Shown here piece by piece: positions 36,739 to 47,376 of a stretch of 64,000 nucleotides of DNA (position 1 is the stretch's first letter; every line of letters begins with the position of its first letter). The stretch is from the NCBI GenBank assembly GCA_020057405.1, contig JAGVFW010000014.1:46852-110851 (forward strand), written 5' to 3'. The notes beneath the pieces were generated by a model that saw only the letters and a list, made by a program, of their open reading frames with translations, searched no databases and was not told the origin of the DNA. The stretch comes from an archaeon. GTDB lineage: Archaea > Micrarchaeota > Micrarchaeia > Norongarragalinales > UBA97. Both the position numbers and the translations under genes were made by a program.

Positions 36739-39705
36739 ATGACACACCGAATCGAAGTTGCATTCAAGCCCGGAGTCAAGGACGCGCTAGGCGAACGCAC
36801 TGCCAAAAAAGTCCACGACGACGTCCACCTAACCGTTAATGGAGTCAGGACGGTTGAAATCTACCTCATCGAGGACAACCTGAACTCCAAGCACCTCGAC
36901 TTGGTTGCGAAGGAAGTGTTTGCGGACGCGATTGTCAACGACTGGGCCGTAGACCGCCCGATTGCGAAGAAAACCGACTTTGACTACATCATCGAAGTCG
37001 GCTACCTGCCGGGTGTTACCGACAATGTCGGCCACACTGCAAAGGAAGCGATTGAAGATGCGATTGGCCGCAAACTGAAAGGCGGCGTTTTCTCGGCAAG
37101 GCAATATCTTGTCAGGGGCATCCGCGCGACCGCGCAGGCTGAAGCTATTGTCAAGGGACTTTTGGCAAACCCGCTAATCGAACGCTGGCAAATCAAGTCG
37201 TCGCAAGAGTGGGATGAGAAGCGCGGGTTTGGGAACACGCTCCCGACAGTGCGGCTTGAAGAGCAGGCCGAGAAAGTCAAGGAAGTCAGGGTAATTGAAG
37301 CCAGTGACGACGGCCTGGCGATTTTGAGCCGCAACATGTCCCTCGCCTTAAGCCGCGACGAGATGAAGGTGATTCGGGATTACTTTGCCCTCGGCCGGGT
37401 GAGAAACGAGCGCAAGAAGCACAAGCTTCCCGAGAACCCTACTGACGTTGAGCTTGAGGCAATTGCGCAAACCTGGAGCGAGCACTGCAAGCACAAGATA
37501 TTCAATGCGCAAATCGAGTACGACGAGAATGGCAAGTCGCGCAAGGTTAACTCGCTCTTCAAGACTTATGTGCGGGGTGCGACCGCGCAAACGAAAAAAC
37601 CGTGGCTGGTGAGCGTCTTTACCGACAACGCCGGCATCATCGAGTTTAACGACGAATGGAACCTGGCGGTAAAGGTCGAGACGCACAACGCGCCAAGCGC
37701 CCTTGACCCGTACGGCGGGGCACTGACGGGCATTGTCGGAGTCAACCGCGACATCATGGGCGCCGGCTTGGGCGCAAAGCTTCTCTTCAACACCGACGTG
37801 TTCTGCTTCGCACCACCAGACGCAAAGAGCGCCTCAGGCGTACTCCCGCCAAAGAGGATTGCTGAAGGCGTGCGCAAGGGCGTTGCAGACGGCGGGAACA
37901 AGACTGGCGTGCCCACCGTGAATGGAGCTATTGTTTTTGACGAGCGCTTCCTGTACCGGCCACTCGTTTACTGCGGGACTGGCGGGATGCTGCCAAAGAA
38001 GGCGGCCGGCAGGGCGACGCACAAGAAGGAAGTCGCAAACGGCGATTTGATAGTCATGGTCGGCGGCCGCATTGGAAAAGACGGCATCCACGGGGCGACA
38101 ATGTCGTCAATGCACATCGACGCGCACTCTCCCGCAAGCGCAGTGCAGTTGGGCGATCCCATTACGCAAAAACGCATGGCCGACTTCCTGCTTGAAGCGC
38201 GCGACGCCGGGCTCTACACCGCAATTACTGACAACGGCGCTGGCGGACTCTCGAGCAGCGTTGGGGAAATGGCGCAGCTAAGCGGCGGGTTCGAGCTGCA
38301 CTTGGAAAAGGCACCCGCCAAGTACGCAGGACTCCTGCCTTGGGAGATTCTCGTGAGCGAGGCGCAGGAGCGCATGACTGTTGCCGTACCGCCGGCGAAG
38401 ATGCCGGAATTTGAGAAACTTGCTGCAAAGCACGGCGTTGAGGCAACGGCCTTGGGCAAGTTTACAAAGAGCGGAAAGTTCCACTGCCTCTACAACGGCA
38501 AGACTGTCGCGCTTTTGGACATGGCGTTTCTCCACGAGGGCGTGCCGCAGCTAAAGCTTCGGGCCAAGTGGTCACCGACGGCAGCGGTTGAAGCGCAGGT
38601 GCACGAGGCTGGCGACTTGACTGAATCGCTGAAAAAAGTCCTCGCTAGGTACAACGTGTGCTCGAAAGAGTATGTTGTGCGCCAGTACGACCACGAAGTG
38701 CAGGGCGGCAGCGTAGTCAAGCCCCTGACTGGAGCGGAGAACGACGGGCCAAGCGACGCCGGCGTGCTGCGGCCCATTTTGTCTGGTTTTGGGGGAATTG
38801 CGGTCGCGAACGGCATTTGCCCCAAGTTCGGGGACTCCGACGCTTACGTGATGGCCGCAAATGCCGTTGACGAGGCGGCAAGAAATTGCGTTGCAGTCGG
38901 GGGCAACATCGAGCACATGGCCGCCCTAGACAACTTTAGCTGGTGCGACCCGCTTCCCGCAATCAACAACACTGATGCGGCCAACAAGTTAGGCGCGCTA
39001 ATCCGGGCCTGCGAGGGCCTGCACGACGCTTGCGTGGCTTACGGCATTCCCCTCATCAGCGGGAAGGACAGCATGAAGAACGATTTCATCATGGCCGACG
39101 GGAAACGAAAGAGCATTCCCCCGACTCTGCTCGTCACTGCAGTTGCCAAAGTCAATGACGTGAGAAAAGCAGTGACTATGGATGTCAAGAAGCCGGGCGA
39201 CGTGGTCTACATTGCAGGGGAGACGCGAAACGAGCTTGGCGCAAGCGAGTACTACGCAATGCAGGTCGAGAGTGGCGGTAAGACGCCCGTGCCGGACTTC
39301 AAGCGCAACCTTCGGCTCTACAAGGCGATGTCTAAAGCAATTGCAGCCGGGCTTGTCCGCAGCTGCCACGACGCCAGTGACGGCGGGCTTGCGGCTGCGC
39401 TTGCCGAAAGCGCTTTTGCGGGCGGACTCGGGTTAAAAGTTGACTTAAAGGGCGTGCCGAGAAATATTGACATCAAGAACTCGGCCGAACTGCTTTTCAG
39501 CGAAAGTGCGGGGCGGTTCGTAATCACTGTTGCAAAAGAGCACGCCAAGGAATTCGAAAAGCATATGGCGGGCAATGCCGTTGCCGCGGTCGGTGGAGTG
39601 ACTGCCGATGGCATTCTTGAAGTGGCGGGCATTGACGGAAGCACGGCGCTAAAGGCGCCCATTGCGGAGTTGAAGCAGGCATGGCAAGGACCATTAGGAA
39701 AATAG
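36739..39705 (+). CDS. purL: FGAM synthase with an N-terminal PurS-like region fused to PurL
   Basis: N-terminal PGVKD/PGVTD...LANPLIE (PurS-like); then QTWSEHCKH, ETHNAPSALDPYGGA, DNGAGG and ISGKDS. Confidence 0.94.
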   Translation: MTHRIEVAFKPGVKDALGERTAKKVHDDVHLTVNGVRTVEIYLIEDNLNSKHLDLVAKEVFADAIVNDWAVDRPIAKKTDFDYIIEVGYLPGVTDNVGHTAKEAIEDAIGRKLKGGVFSARQYLVRGIRATAQAEAIVKGLLANPLIERWQIKSSQEWDEKRGFGNTLPTVRLEEQAEKVKEVRVIEASDDGLAILSRNMSLALSRDEMKVIRDYFALGRVRNERKKHKLPENPTDVELEAIAQTWSEHCKHKIFNAQIEYDENGKSRKVNSLFKTYVRGATAQTKKPWLVSVFTDNAGIIEFNDEWNLAVKVETHNAPSALDPYGGALTGIVGVNRDIMGAGLGAKLLFNTDVFCFAPPDAKSASGVLPPKRIAEGVRKGVADGGNKTGVPTVNGAIVFDERFLYRPLVYCGTGGMLPKKAAGRATHKKEVANGDLIVMVGGRIGKDGIHGATMSSMHIDAHSPASAVQLGDPITQKRMADFLLEARDAGLYTAITDNGAGGLSSSVGEMAQLSGGFELHLEKAPAKYAGLLPWEILVSEAQERMTVAVPPAKMPEFEKLAAKHGVEATALGKFTKSGKFHCLYNGKTVALLDMAFLHEGVPQLKLRAKWSPTAAVEAQVHEAGDLTESLKKVLARYNVCSKEYVVRQYDHEVQGGSVVKPLTGAENDGPSDAGVLRPILSGFGGIAVANGICPKFGDSDAYVMAANAVDEAARNCVAVGGNIEHMAALDNFSWCDPLPAINNTDAANKLGALIRACEGLHDACVAYGIPLISGKDSMKNDFIMADGKRKSIPPTLLVTAVAKVNDVRKAVTMDVKKPGDVVYIAGETRNELGASEYYAMQVESGGKTPVPDFKRNLRLYKAMSKAIAAGLVRSCHDASDGGLAAALAESAFAGGLGLKVDLKGVPRNIDIKNSAELLFSESAGRFVITVAKEHAKEFEKHMAGNAVAAVGGVTADGILEVAGIDGSTALKAPIAELKQAWQGPLGK

Positions 39706-40700
39706 TCAAGCACAAGAAAACGGGGCCCCGGATGCCAAAGGCAAAGGCCAAAATAAGGGAAAAAATCAAGCCAAAGAAAAAAATCGCAGTCAAAAAGCAG
39801 GTAAAGAAAATGGCGCAAAAACAAACTAAACCGGCAGTAAAGAAGCAAAAGCCGGCCCCGGTCGAAAGCAAGCCCGTAGTCCTACTACCCCGCGTCAGGC
39901 GCGGGGACGGGAAAGTGAGGGCGTGCGTGCTTTACGGCTTTGGGATAAACTGCGATTACGAGACTGCGCATGCTTTTGCATCTGCGGGAGCCATTGGCGA
40001 GCGCGTGCACGTCAACGACCTCATCACGGGCGCAAGAACGCTGAGGGAATTTGAGATACTGGCGTTTCCGGGCGGGTTTAGCTTTGGCGACGACCTTGGA
40101 AGCGGCAAAGTGCTTGCCAACAAGTTCAAGTTCCACCTCCAAGACGAGTTGCAGCAGTTCGTAAAGGACGGCATGCTGGTTGCAGGAATTTGCAACGGCT
40201 TCCAGTCAATTGCCAAGCTCGGGCTCCTGCCGGCCTTCGCAGGCCACTACAAGGAGCAGACGACCACGCTCACTTTCAACGATTCAAGCCGCTTTGAAGA
40301 CAGGTGGGTGCGCCTGGCGTTTGACAAGAAGAACCCGTGCGTGTGGACCAAGGGCATCGAGCGCATGTACCTGCCCGTGAGGCACGGCGAGGGCAAGTTC
40401 GCAGCAAGCGAATTGATGCTAAAGAAGCTGGACGAGAGGCATTTGGCGGTTGCAAAGTACGCTGACTCCAAATGGAAGCCGACGATGGAGTATCCCGACA
40501 ACCCAAACGGTTCGATGCACTCTATTGCCGCCGCCTGCGACGAGACGGGGCGGGTGTTCGGGATAATGCCGCACCCCGAGGCGTTTACCGACGAGACGAA
40601 CCACCCGCGCTGGACGCGGGGGTCTGCCCACGAGGAAAACGGGCTCGGGCTGCAAGTGTTTGAAAACGCGGTGAAGTACGCGCGCGAAAAATTGATTTGA
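39681..40700 (+). CDS. purQ: FGAM synthase glutaminase subunit with a Lys-rich N-terminal extension
   Basis: GINCD, PGGFSFGD, GICNGFQ, HGEG, NPNGS and MPHPE motifs. Start could be 39681, 39732 or 39810. Confidence 0.93.
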   Translation: MARTIRKIVKHKKTGPRMPKAKAKIREKIKPKKKIAVKKQVKKMAQKQTKPAVKKQKPAPVESKPVVLLPRVRRGDGKVRACVLYGFGINCDYETAHAFASAGAIGERVHVNDLITGARTLREFEILAFPGGFSFGDDLGSGKVLANKFKFHLQDELQQFVKDGMLVAGICNGFQSIAKLGLLPAFAGHYKEQTTTLTFNDSSRFEDRWVRLAFDKKNPCVWTKGIERMYLPVRHGEGKFAASELMLKKLDERHLAVAKYADSKWKPTMEYPDNPNGSMHSIAAACDETGRVFGIMPHPEAFTDETNHPRWTRGSAHEENGLGLQVFENAVKYAREKLI

Positions 40701-40710
40701 AAGGTGTGGA

Positions 40711-41718
40711 ATGATGAAGCAAAAGATTGCGACTATTGGCAGCCACAGCGCACTCCAGATTTTGAGGGGCGCCAAGGATGAGGGCTTTGAGACCATAGTC
40801 GTTACCACGCCGAGAAATGCCAAGGTCTACCATGCATTCGGCGTTGCGGACCAGTTCATCGAATTGGAGAATTACGCCGACTTTGCCTCTATTGACGCCA
40901 GGCTTGTGAAGGAAAACGCAATCATCGTGCCCCACGGTTCGTTCAACGCTTATGTCAGCAAGGCGGATTACGACTCGCTTAAGACGCCCGTCTTCGGCAG
41001 CAAGGCGATTTTGGAGTGGGAGACCGACAGGCTAAAGCAACGCGAGTGGCTGGAGAAATCGCAGCTTCGCGTGCCGAAAAACTTCCACAGCGCGGGAGAC
41101 ATCGACCGACCGACCATAGTGAAGTACTACGGCGCGCGGGGGGGCAAGGGCTACTTTTTTGCGAAAAACGAAAAAGAGTTCGAGGCCGGCGTGGAGAAGT
41201 CGGGCAGGAGCCCGCTAATCATCCAGGAATACATCGTCGGCGTGCCGTTCTACATCCACTACTTCCATTCTGCCCTGACTGGGGAAACTGAAATCATGAG
41301 CATGGACAAGCGCTACGAGACGAACGTCGACTCGCTTGGAAGAATTCCACTCAAGCACCAGGAAGACATTGACATCGACCCGTCTTTCGTCGTCGTCGGC
41401 AACCTTCCGATTGTGATGCGCGAGTCAATGCTTGCCGAGTCCCTTGAGATGGCCGAGCGCCTGGTAAGTGCGAGCAAGAAAATTGCCGGGCCCAAGGGGC
41501 TCTATGGCCCGTTCTGCCTTGAGACAATCATCACTCCCGAAGAAGAAATGTACGTAATTGAGGTCAGCGCCCGCATCGTGGCGGGAACGAATGCGTTTAT
41601 TCCCGACTCGCCTTACACGGCACTGCGTTACAGCAAGCCGGTTAGCACGGGCAGGCGCATCGCGATGGAAATCAAGCAGGCGATTGAGGAAAACAAATTG
41701 GGGAGCGTGCTGGATTAA
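40711..41718 (+). CDS. purP: Formate-dependent FAICAR synthetase PurP
   Basis: IATIGSHSALQILRGAKDEGF, PHGSF, GPFCLE and SARIVAGTN motifs. Confidence 0.92.
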   Translation: MMKQKIATIGSHSALQILRGAKDEGFETIVVTTPRNAKVYHAFGVADQFIELENYADFASIDARLVKENAIIVPHGSFNAYVSKADYDSLKTPVFGSKAILEWETDRLKQREWLEKSQLRVPKNFHSAGDIDRPTIVKYYGARGGKGYFFAKNEKEFEAGVEKSGRSPLIIQEYIVGVPFYIHYFHSALTGETEIMSMDKRYETNVDSLGRIPLKHQEDIDIDPSFVVVGNLPIVMRESMLAESLEMAERLVSASKKIAGPKGLYGPFCLETIITPEEEMYVIEVSARIVAGTNAFIPDSPYTALRYSKPVSTGRRIAMEIKQAIEENKLGSVLD

Positions 41719-42843
41719 ATGAAGCTCTTGACGGGTTATGACGAAAAGCGGCTGTGGGTCGCGACTTTAGGCAGCCACAGCGCACTTGACATTTGCGAGG
41801 GAGCAAAATCCGAGAAGCTGCCGACTATCGTCGTTTGCGCAAAAGGCCGCGAACGGACTTACGCCGTGCACTACAAGAGCCGCGAGTTACTCGGCAAGCC
41901 CGCCGGGTGCGTTGACGACGTGATTATGGTCGAGAAGATGGCGCAAGTGGTTTCCCCGCCAGTTGTCACGGCCTTGCGAAAACGCCACGCCATTTTCGTT
42001 CCCCACAAGAGCCTCACGGCCTATGCCGGATACGATGCGGTTGAGAAAGAGTTTGACGTGCCACTTTTCGGAAACCGGATGCTCATGCGCGCAGAAGAGC
42101 GTGGCGCGTCTAAGGACCAGAACTACTTGTTCGAGAAGGCGGGGCTTCGGACTCCGGCAAAATTCAAGAGCCCGTCGCAAATCGACCGCGTGGCAATAGT
42201 GAAGGCCATTGACGAGAGGCGCGGTTACTACGAGCGGGCCTTCTTCCTTGCCGCAAGCGCAAAAGATTACGAAAAGCGGGCGGCCGAGTTGCTTGATAAA
42301 AAGATTGTCAGCAAGGCCGGCCTCGAGTCGGCGGTCATTGAAGAGTTCGTGATGGGCGGCCAAGTGAACTTCAACTTTTTTTCATCGCCCTTGACTGGCG
42401 AAATTGAGTTGCTCGGCACCGACTTTCGGCGCCAGACTAACATTGACGGCGTGCTCCGCCTTCCGGCCTCTGAGCAGGCGCAGTGGATTTCTGCAGGCGG
42501 GAGAATTTCAAACGTAGAGATGGGCCACGTGGCCTCAACCGTTAGGGAAAGCCTGCTTGAGCCCGCTTTTGAGGCGGGCGAAAGGTTCGCGGACGCGTGC
42601 GCAAGAGAGTACGCCCTGGGAATCATCGGCCCGTTTGCACTGCAGGGCGCAATCGCACAGGCAGAAACTAAGGAAGAGTTCGTCGTGTTTGACGCATCGC
42701 TGCGCGTGCCGGGTTCGCCAGGCACTAGGTTCACGCCGTACTCGCAGGCGCTTTGGGGCACTGCAGTGAGCGTGGGCAAGCGCATTGCGATGGAAATCAA
42801 GGAAGCGGTCAAACAAGAGCGGCTTGGCGAGGTTGTCACTTAG
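41719..42843 (+). CDS. PurP-like ATP-grasp paralog
   Basis: LGSHSALDICEGAK, RRQTNIDG, IIGPFALQ and RVPGSPG motifs. Confidence 0.88.
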   Translation: MKLLTGYDEKRLWVATLGSHSALDICEGAKSEKLPTIVVCAKGRERTYAVHYKSRELLGKPAGCVDDVIMVEKMAQVVSPPVVTALRKRHAIFVPHKSLTAYAGYDAVEKEFDVPLFGNRMLMRAEERGASKDQNYLFEKAGLRTPAKFKSPSQIDRVAIVKAIDERRGYYERAFFLAASAKDYEKRAAELLDKKIVSKAGLESAVIEEFVMGGQVNFNFFSSPLTGEIELLGTDFRRQTNIDGVLRLPASEQAQWISAGGRISNVEMGHVASTVRESLLEPAFEAGERFADACAREYALGIIGPFALQGAIAQAETKEEFVVFDASLRVPGSPGTRFTPYSQALWGTAVSVGKRIAMEIKEAVKQERLGEVVT

Positions 42844-42845
42844 CA

Positions 42846-44150
42846 ATGAGAAAGGCTTCAGTAGTCGTCGGCGCTCAGTTCGGCGATGAAGGCAAAGGGA
42901 AGATTGTCGATGTTATGGCCGGCGGGATGGACCTCATCGTCCGCTATCAGGGCGGCGCCAACGCGGGGCACACCATTGTCGCCGACGGAGTGACTTACAA
43001 GCTTCACTTGATTCCGACCGGCGTTGTGCGAGGCAAGCGCAGCCTGATTGGAGCGGGCGTGGTGCTTGACCCGGCCGCCTTGGCTCAGGAACTGGAGGGC
43101 TTGGCAGCCGGCGGCAAGGAAATTACTCCCGCGGGGCTTGGGATTGACTTTCGCACGCACGTGGTGCTCCCGTGGCACGCCGCAATTGATGTTGCAAGGC
43201 AGGCGAACAAGGCAATTGGCACTACGGGGCGGGGCATCGGGCCCGCTTACGAGGACGCGGTTGCGCGAACGGGCATCACTTTTTCGGACTTCGTGCAGGC
43301 AAGCGTGCTTCGCGAGCGGCTGGCAGTGATTGCAGACGGCAAGCAAAAACAACTTCAGTTGCTTGGCGGACACGGGCCCGACGCCGCGCAAGTCGAGGCG
43401 GAGTTTCTGGAACTCGCGGCAAGGCTGGCGCCGTTTGCCTGCGACGTTTCCCACGAGCTGTCTGTTGCGATGGCTAGCGGAAAGGCCGTGCTTTTTGAGG
43501 GCGCGCAGGGAACGCACTTGGACCGCAATTTTGGCACTTACCCGTTCGTCACTTCATCAAGCACCACTTCGGGCGGGGCTTGCGTTGGCGCGGGCGTGCC
43601 GCCGTCTGCAATCGGGGAAGTGCATGGCATTGCAAAAGCCTACACGACTCGGGTCGGAAGCGGGCCGTTCCCGACGGAGCTGATGGACGCCACAGGCGAG
43701 CGCATTTGCGAGAAGGGAAGAGAGTATGGCACTACGACGGGACGCAAGAGGCGGGTCGGGTGGCTTGACGTGCCAATGCTTCGCCGCAGCCACGAGCTAA
43801 ACGGCTTCACTCACATTCACTTGACCAAGCTTGACGTGCTCGAGGGCCTGCCCGAACTCAAGATTGCAGTTGGCTACAGGCTTGCCGACGGCACTCAAAC
43901 GGACCTTTTGCCCGCAACAGTAAAGGAAATGGATTCCGCAACTCCGCAGTTCATTTCAGTTCCCGGGTTTGAGGAAATCGGGGAGGCGGGATGGAAGCTG
44001 GTCGCGCAAGAAGGCATCGCAAAAGGCTTTGCCGCGCTTCCTGAGAAGGCCCGCCAGTACGTTGAGAAAGTCGAGAAGCTGGTTGGCGTCAGGATTGCAA
44101 GCGCATCTATCGGCCCCGAGCGCGAGAGCATCATCTGGGCGGGAAAATGA
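42846..44150 (+). CDS. purA: Adenylosuccinate synthetase
   Basis: GAQFGDEGKGK, GGANAGHT, GIGPAY, EGAQG and EYGTTTGRKRRVGWLD motifs. Confidence 0.96.
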   Translation: MRKASVVVGAQFGDEGKGKIVDVMAGGMDLIVRYQGGANAGHTIVADGVTYKLHLIPTGVVRGKRSLIGAGVVLDPAALAQELEGLAAGGKEITPAGLGIDFRTHVVLPWHAAIDVARQANKAIGTTGRGIGPAYEDAVARTGITFSDFVQASVLRERLAVIADGKQKQLQLLGGHGPDAAQVEAEFLELAARLAPFACDVSHELSVAMASGKAVLFEGAQGTHLDRNFGTYPFVTSSSTTSGGACVGAGVPPSAIGEVHGIAKAYTTRVGSGPFPTELMDATGERICEKGREYGTTTGRKRRVGWLDVPMLRRSHELNGFTHIHLTKLDVLEGLPELKIAVGYRLADGTQTDLLPATVKEMDSATPQFISVPGFEEIGEAGWKLVAQEGIAKGFAALPEKARQYVEKVEKLVGVRIASASIGPERESIIWAGK

Positions 44151-45586
44151 TTAAGCTACAAGTTGTTGTCGAACAGGAGAAGAAGCTCGATGAGTGCGGA
44201 GTTATCGCCATCCGCGCCCCGGGCGAAGGCATTGCGCAGGACTTGCTAACGGCGCTAATGACCTTGCAACACCGCGGGCAGGAAAGCGCAGGGATGGCAA
44301 CGCACGACGGCCGCAAGCTCTTTGCCAAGAAAGGAATGGGGCTGGCGAACGAGGTGTTCAGCGAGGGTGAGCTGGCCGCCCTGCCGGGGGGCATGGGCAT
44401 CGGGCACGTGCGCTACAGCACGACGGGCTCAAGCGAGGTTGAAAACGCGCAGCCGCTTGTCGTTGAGACTCGCGTGGGGACTTTCGCAATCGGGCTTAAT
44501 GGAAATCTCGTCAACTATCCCGCCTTAAGGACTGGCTTGGAAAAGAAGGGCTATTCGTTTAACACGAGCACCGACACCGAGTGCCTCGCGTACCTGCTCG
44601 CCGAGGAGTTCTCAACTGGGGCGAAGGACTTTTTCGAGGCGTGCGGCAACATCATGAAGGAACTTGACGGCGCGTACTGCTTCAACGTAATGACGGGCAA
44701 GGGGGAGATTGTGTTGATGCGCGACCCGCAGGGTTTCCGCCCGCTTGCCATTGGAAAGCGCGGAGGGGCCGACGTTGTCGCAAGCGAAACTGCGGTGCTT
44801 GACGCGCTTGGCGCCAAGTTCGTGCGCTACGTCGAGCCCGGCGAAGTCATTGTCCTCACTCAAGCGGGAATGAAAGCCAAGGTTGTCGGGCAGAGCAAGA
44901 GAAAGTCGCACTGCATGTTCGAGTGGGTCTACATCGCAAGGCCCGACAGCATCATTGAAGGCAAAAGCGTAATCGACGTGCGCGAGCGCATTGGCGAGAA
45001 GCTCGCGGCGCTTTACCCCAAGCTAAAGGACACCCTTGACGTCGTCGTGCCGGTACCCGATTCGGGCCGAAGCGCGGCGCACGGCTTCGCGAGGGTTACG
45101 GGAGTCAGGTTTGCGGAAGCCCTGCAGAAGAACCGCTATGTCCACCGCACGTTTATCATGCCAAGCGACGAGAAAAGAAAGAGCATGGTGAAATTGAAGC
45201 TCAACGTCATCCGCCACCTGGTTGCGGGAAAGAGCGTGGCCCTCGTTGACGACAGCATCGTTCGGGGCACGACGATGAAGAAGCTCGCTGCTGCCCTCAG
45301 GGAAGCCGGCGCGCGGGAAGTGCACTTGCTCATCAGCTGCCCGCCGATAGTTGCGCCCTGTTTCATGGGAGTCGACTTTCCGACGTACAAGGAACTGACT
45401 GCGCCCGGTAAAACTGTCGAGCAAATCCGCAAAGAACTTGAAGTTGATTCGCTAAATTACATGACAATCGCGGGGCTAGTCGAGTGCATCGGCGTTGAGA
45501 AGAAGGATCTCTGCCTCGCCTGCTTAAACGAGGACTACCCGCTCAAGAAAAAACCCGACATGAATTCAGACGGCCGGTGCGACTGA
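44147..45586 (+). CDS. purF: Amidophosphoribosyltransferase
   Basis: Propeptide followed by ECGV, QHRGQESAG, GHVRYSTTG, DDSIVRGTT and C-terminal CLAC. Confidence 0.96.
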   Translation: MIKLQVVVEQEKKLDECGVIAIRAPGEGIAQDLLTALMTLQHRGQESAGMATHDGRKLFAKKGMGLANEVFSEGELAALPGGMGIGHVRYSTTGSSEVENAQPLVVETRVGTFAIGLNGNLVNYPALRTGLEKKGYSFNTSTDTECLAYLLAEEFSTGAKDFFEACGNIMKELDGAYCFNVMTGKGEIVLMRDPQGFRPLAIGKRGGADVVASETAVLDALGAKFVRYVEPGEVIVLTQAGMKAKVVGQSKRKSHCMFEWVYIARPDSIIEGKSVIDVRERIGEKLAALYPKLKDTLDVVVPVPDSGRSAAHGFARVTGVRFAEALQKNRYVHRTFIMPSDEKRKSMVKLKLNVIRHLVAGKSVALVDDSIVRGTTMKKLAAALREAGAREVHLLISCPPIVAPCFMGVDFPTYKELTAPGKTVEQIRKELEVDSLNYMTIAGLVECIGVEKKDLCLACLNEDYPLKKKPDMNSDGRCD

Positions 45587-46156
45587 ATGAAAGTCGCTTT
45601 TCTTTCAAGCTCGTGGGGCACCACAATCGGGGGAGTGCTCGCGGCGCAAGAACGCGGGGAGCTCAAGGCACAAATCGCATGCGTCGTGGCCGACAAGGAA
45701 TGCCCCGCCCTCCAGAAGGCAAGGACCGCGGGCGTTGACGCAGTTTTAGTGGACCGCGCTGCGCTTTCAAAAGAAGAATTTGAGGAGCAGCTTGACAGCG
45801 AGCTGCGAAAGCGGGGGGTCGAACTCGTTTGCCTCGCAGGGTTTATGAAAATCTTGTCACACGAGTTCGTCAACAAGTGGCGGGACAAAATCATCAACGT
45901 CCACCCGTCGCTTCTGCCAAGGCACGCGGGCGGGATGGACTTGCAGGTGCACCGCGCCGTGCTTGAGGCGCGCGAACGGGAGACGGGTTGCACCATCCAC
46001 TTTGTTGACGAGGGCATTGACACTGGCAGGATTATTGCGCAGGAAAAAGTCGCGGTGAGGGAAGCTGACACGGCAGAGTCGCTAAAGGCGCGCGTGCAGG
46101 CTGCGGAAGTGGCACTCTTCGTCAAGGTAATAAACGATTTTGCGGAAAAGAAGTGA
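45587..46156 (+). CDS. purN: Phosphoribosylglycinamide formyltransferase
   Basis: LAGFMKIL, NVHPSLLP and GCTIHFVDEGIDTG motifs. Confidence 0.94.
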   Translation: MKVAFLSSSWGTTIGGVLAAQERGELKAQIACVVADKECPALQKARTAGVDAVLVDRAALSKEEFEEQLDSELRKRGVELVCLAGFMKILSHEFVNKWRDKIINVHPSLLPRHAGGMDLQVHRAVLEARERETGCTIHFVDEGIDTGRIIAQEKVAVREADTAESLKARVQAAEVALFVKVINDFAEKK

Positions 46157-46161
46157 ACGAA

Positions 46162-47025
46162 ATGACTGCAAAAATAATTGACGGGAAGGCGCTTGCGAAA
46201 AAAGTCCTCGACGACGTCACCGCAAGGGCAACCGCACTCAAGAAGCGGGGCCTGACGCCAGGCATTGCCGCGGTACTCGTTGGCAGCGACCCGGCATCGG
46301 CGCTTTACGTGAGGATGAAGACTGAAAAGGCGCACGCGGCGGGCTTTCACAGCGAGACGGTCATCTTGGGCGAGCGTGCGACGACGCAGCAGGTGGTTAG
46401 CAAAATCCGCGAGCTAAACGACGACAAGCGGATTCACGGCATCCTAGTGCAGCTGCCATTGCCTGACGGCATTGACCAAAACGAGGTGCTCGCCGAGATT
46501 GCTTCTGAAAAGGACGCCGATGGCTGCACGCAAAACAGTTTGGGCAAGCTAGTTGCGCGGGAAAAAGGCTTTGAGCCTGCAACCGCCCGGGCGGCAGTTG
46601 AACTCATCAAGAGCACGGGCGTCAAGCTTGAGGGATTGAATGCCTGCGTCATTGGCCAGGGAGTTCAGACTGGCAGGCCCATTGCGCTTTTGCTGCTTAA
46701 CGAGCGGTGCACGGTTACTATTTGCCACTCGCGCACGAAAAATCTCAAGGAAATAGCGGCGGCGGCCGATGTGCTCGTTAGCTGCGTGGGGAAGGAGAAG
46801 TTCGTCACTGCCGACATGGTCAAGAAGGGTGCGATTGTGGTCGATGTTGGCATTGACAAGAAACCGGATGGGAAGGTTGCCGGGGACGTTGACTTTGAGG
46901 CTGTCAGGAAAGTTGCTGGCTTTGTCACGCCGGTTCCCGGCGGAGTCGGGCCGATGACGGTCGCCATGCTGTTGCTAAATACCACTGAAGCAGCTGAAAG
47001 GATGAAAGCAATAGCGAAAAGCTAG
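46162..47025 (+). CDS. folD: Methylenetetrahydrofolate dehydrogenase/cyclohydrolase
   Basis: IIDGK, GILVQLPLP, KDADG, DVG and TPVPGGVGPMTVAML motifs. Confidence 0.95.
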   Translation: MTAKIIDGKALAKKVLDDVTARATALKKRGLTPGIAAVLVGSDPASALYVRMKTEKAHAAGFHSETVILGERATTQQVVSKIRELNDDKRIHGILVQLPLPDGIDQNEVLAEIASEKDADGCTQNSLGKLVAREKGFEPATARAAVELIKSTGVKLEGLNACVIGQGVQTGRPIALLLLNERCTVTICHSRTKNLKEIAAAADVLVSCVGKEKFVTADMVKKGAIVVDVGIDKKPDGKVAGDVDFEAVRKVAGFVTPVPGGVGPMTVAMLLLNTTEAAERMKAIAKS

Positions 47026-47342
47026 TCAATAACTTTTAGAATCCCTTTCTTTTTCATCGCGCCCCGTATTTCCTTAAGCGCTAGTGCGAAGTCCGCTGGA
47101 GTCACGGCCGCGTCGTGTTTTCGCGAAATGAAGTCAACGTGCTTTTCCCCCAAGTTGAATAGCCTTCCGCGAACTTTGGCGCCAATGGGTTGTGCGGAGT
47201 GCTCGTCTTTCCCTGAATTCCTTACGAGAACAACCCACTGGTGTGAACCTGAGGGTACGACGTGAACTGAATCGACGAATACTTTGCCACCCCCTCCGCT
47301 TACAGTATAATTTGGTATGCGTTGGGTTTTTGGCCGTTCCAT
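47022..47342 (-). CDS. Hypothetical protein
   Basis: 106-aa ORF, convergent with folD. Confidence 0.55.
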   Translation of the reverse strand: MERPKTQRIPNYTVSGGGGKVFVDSVHVVPSGSHQWVVLVRNSGKDEHSAQPIGAKVRGRLFNLGEKHVDFISRKHDAAVTPADFALALKEIRGAMKKKGILKVID

Positions 47343-47376
47343 GAGTCTATCTTGAGGCGCGCGGGGTTTAAAATTA

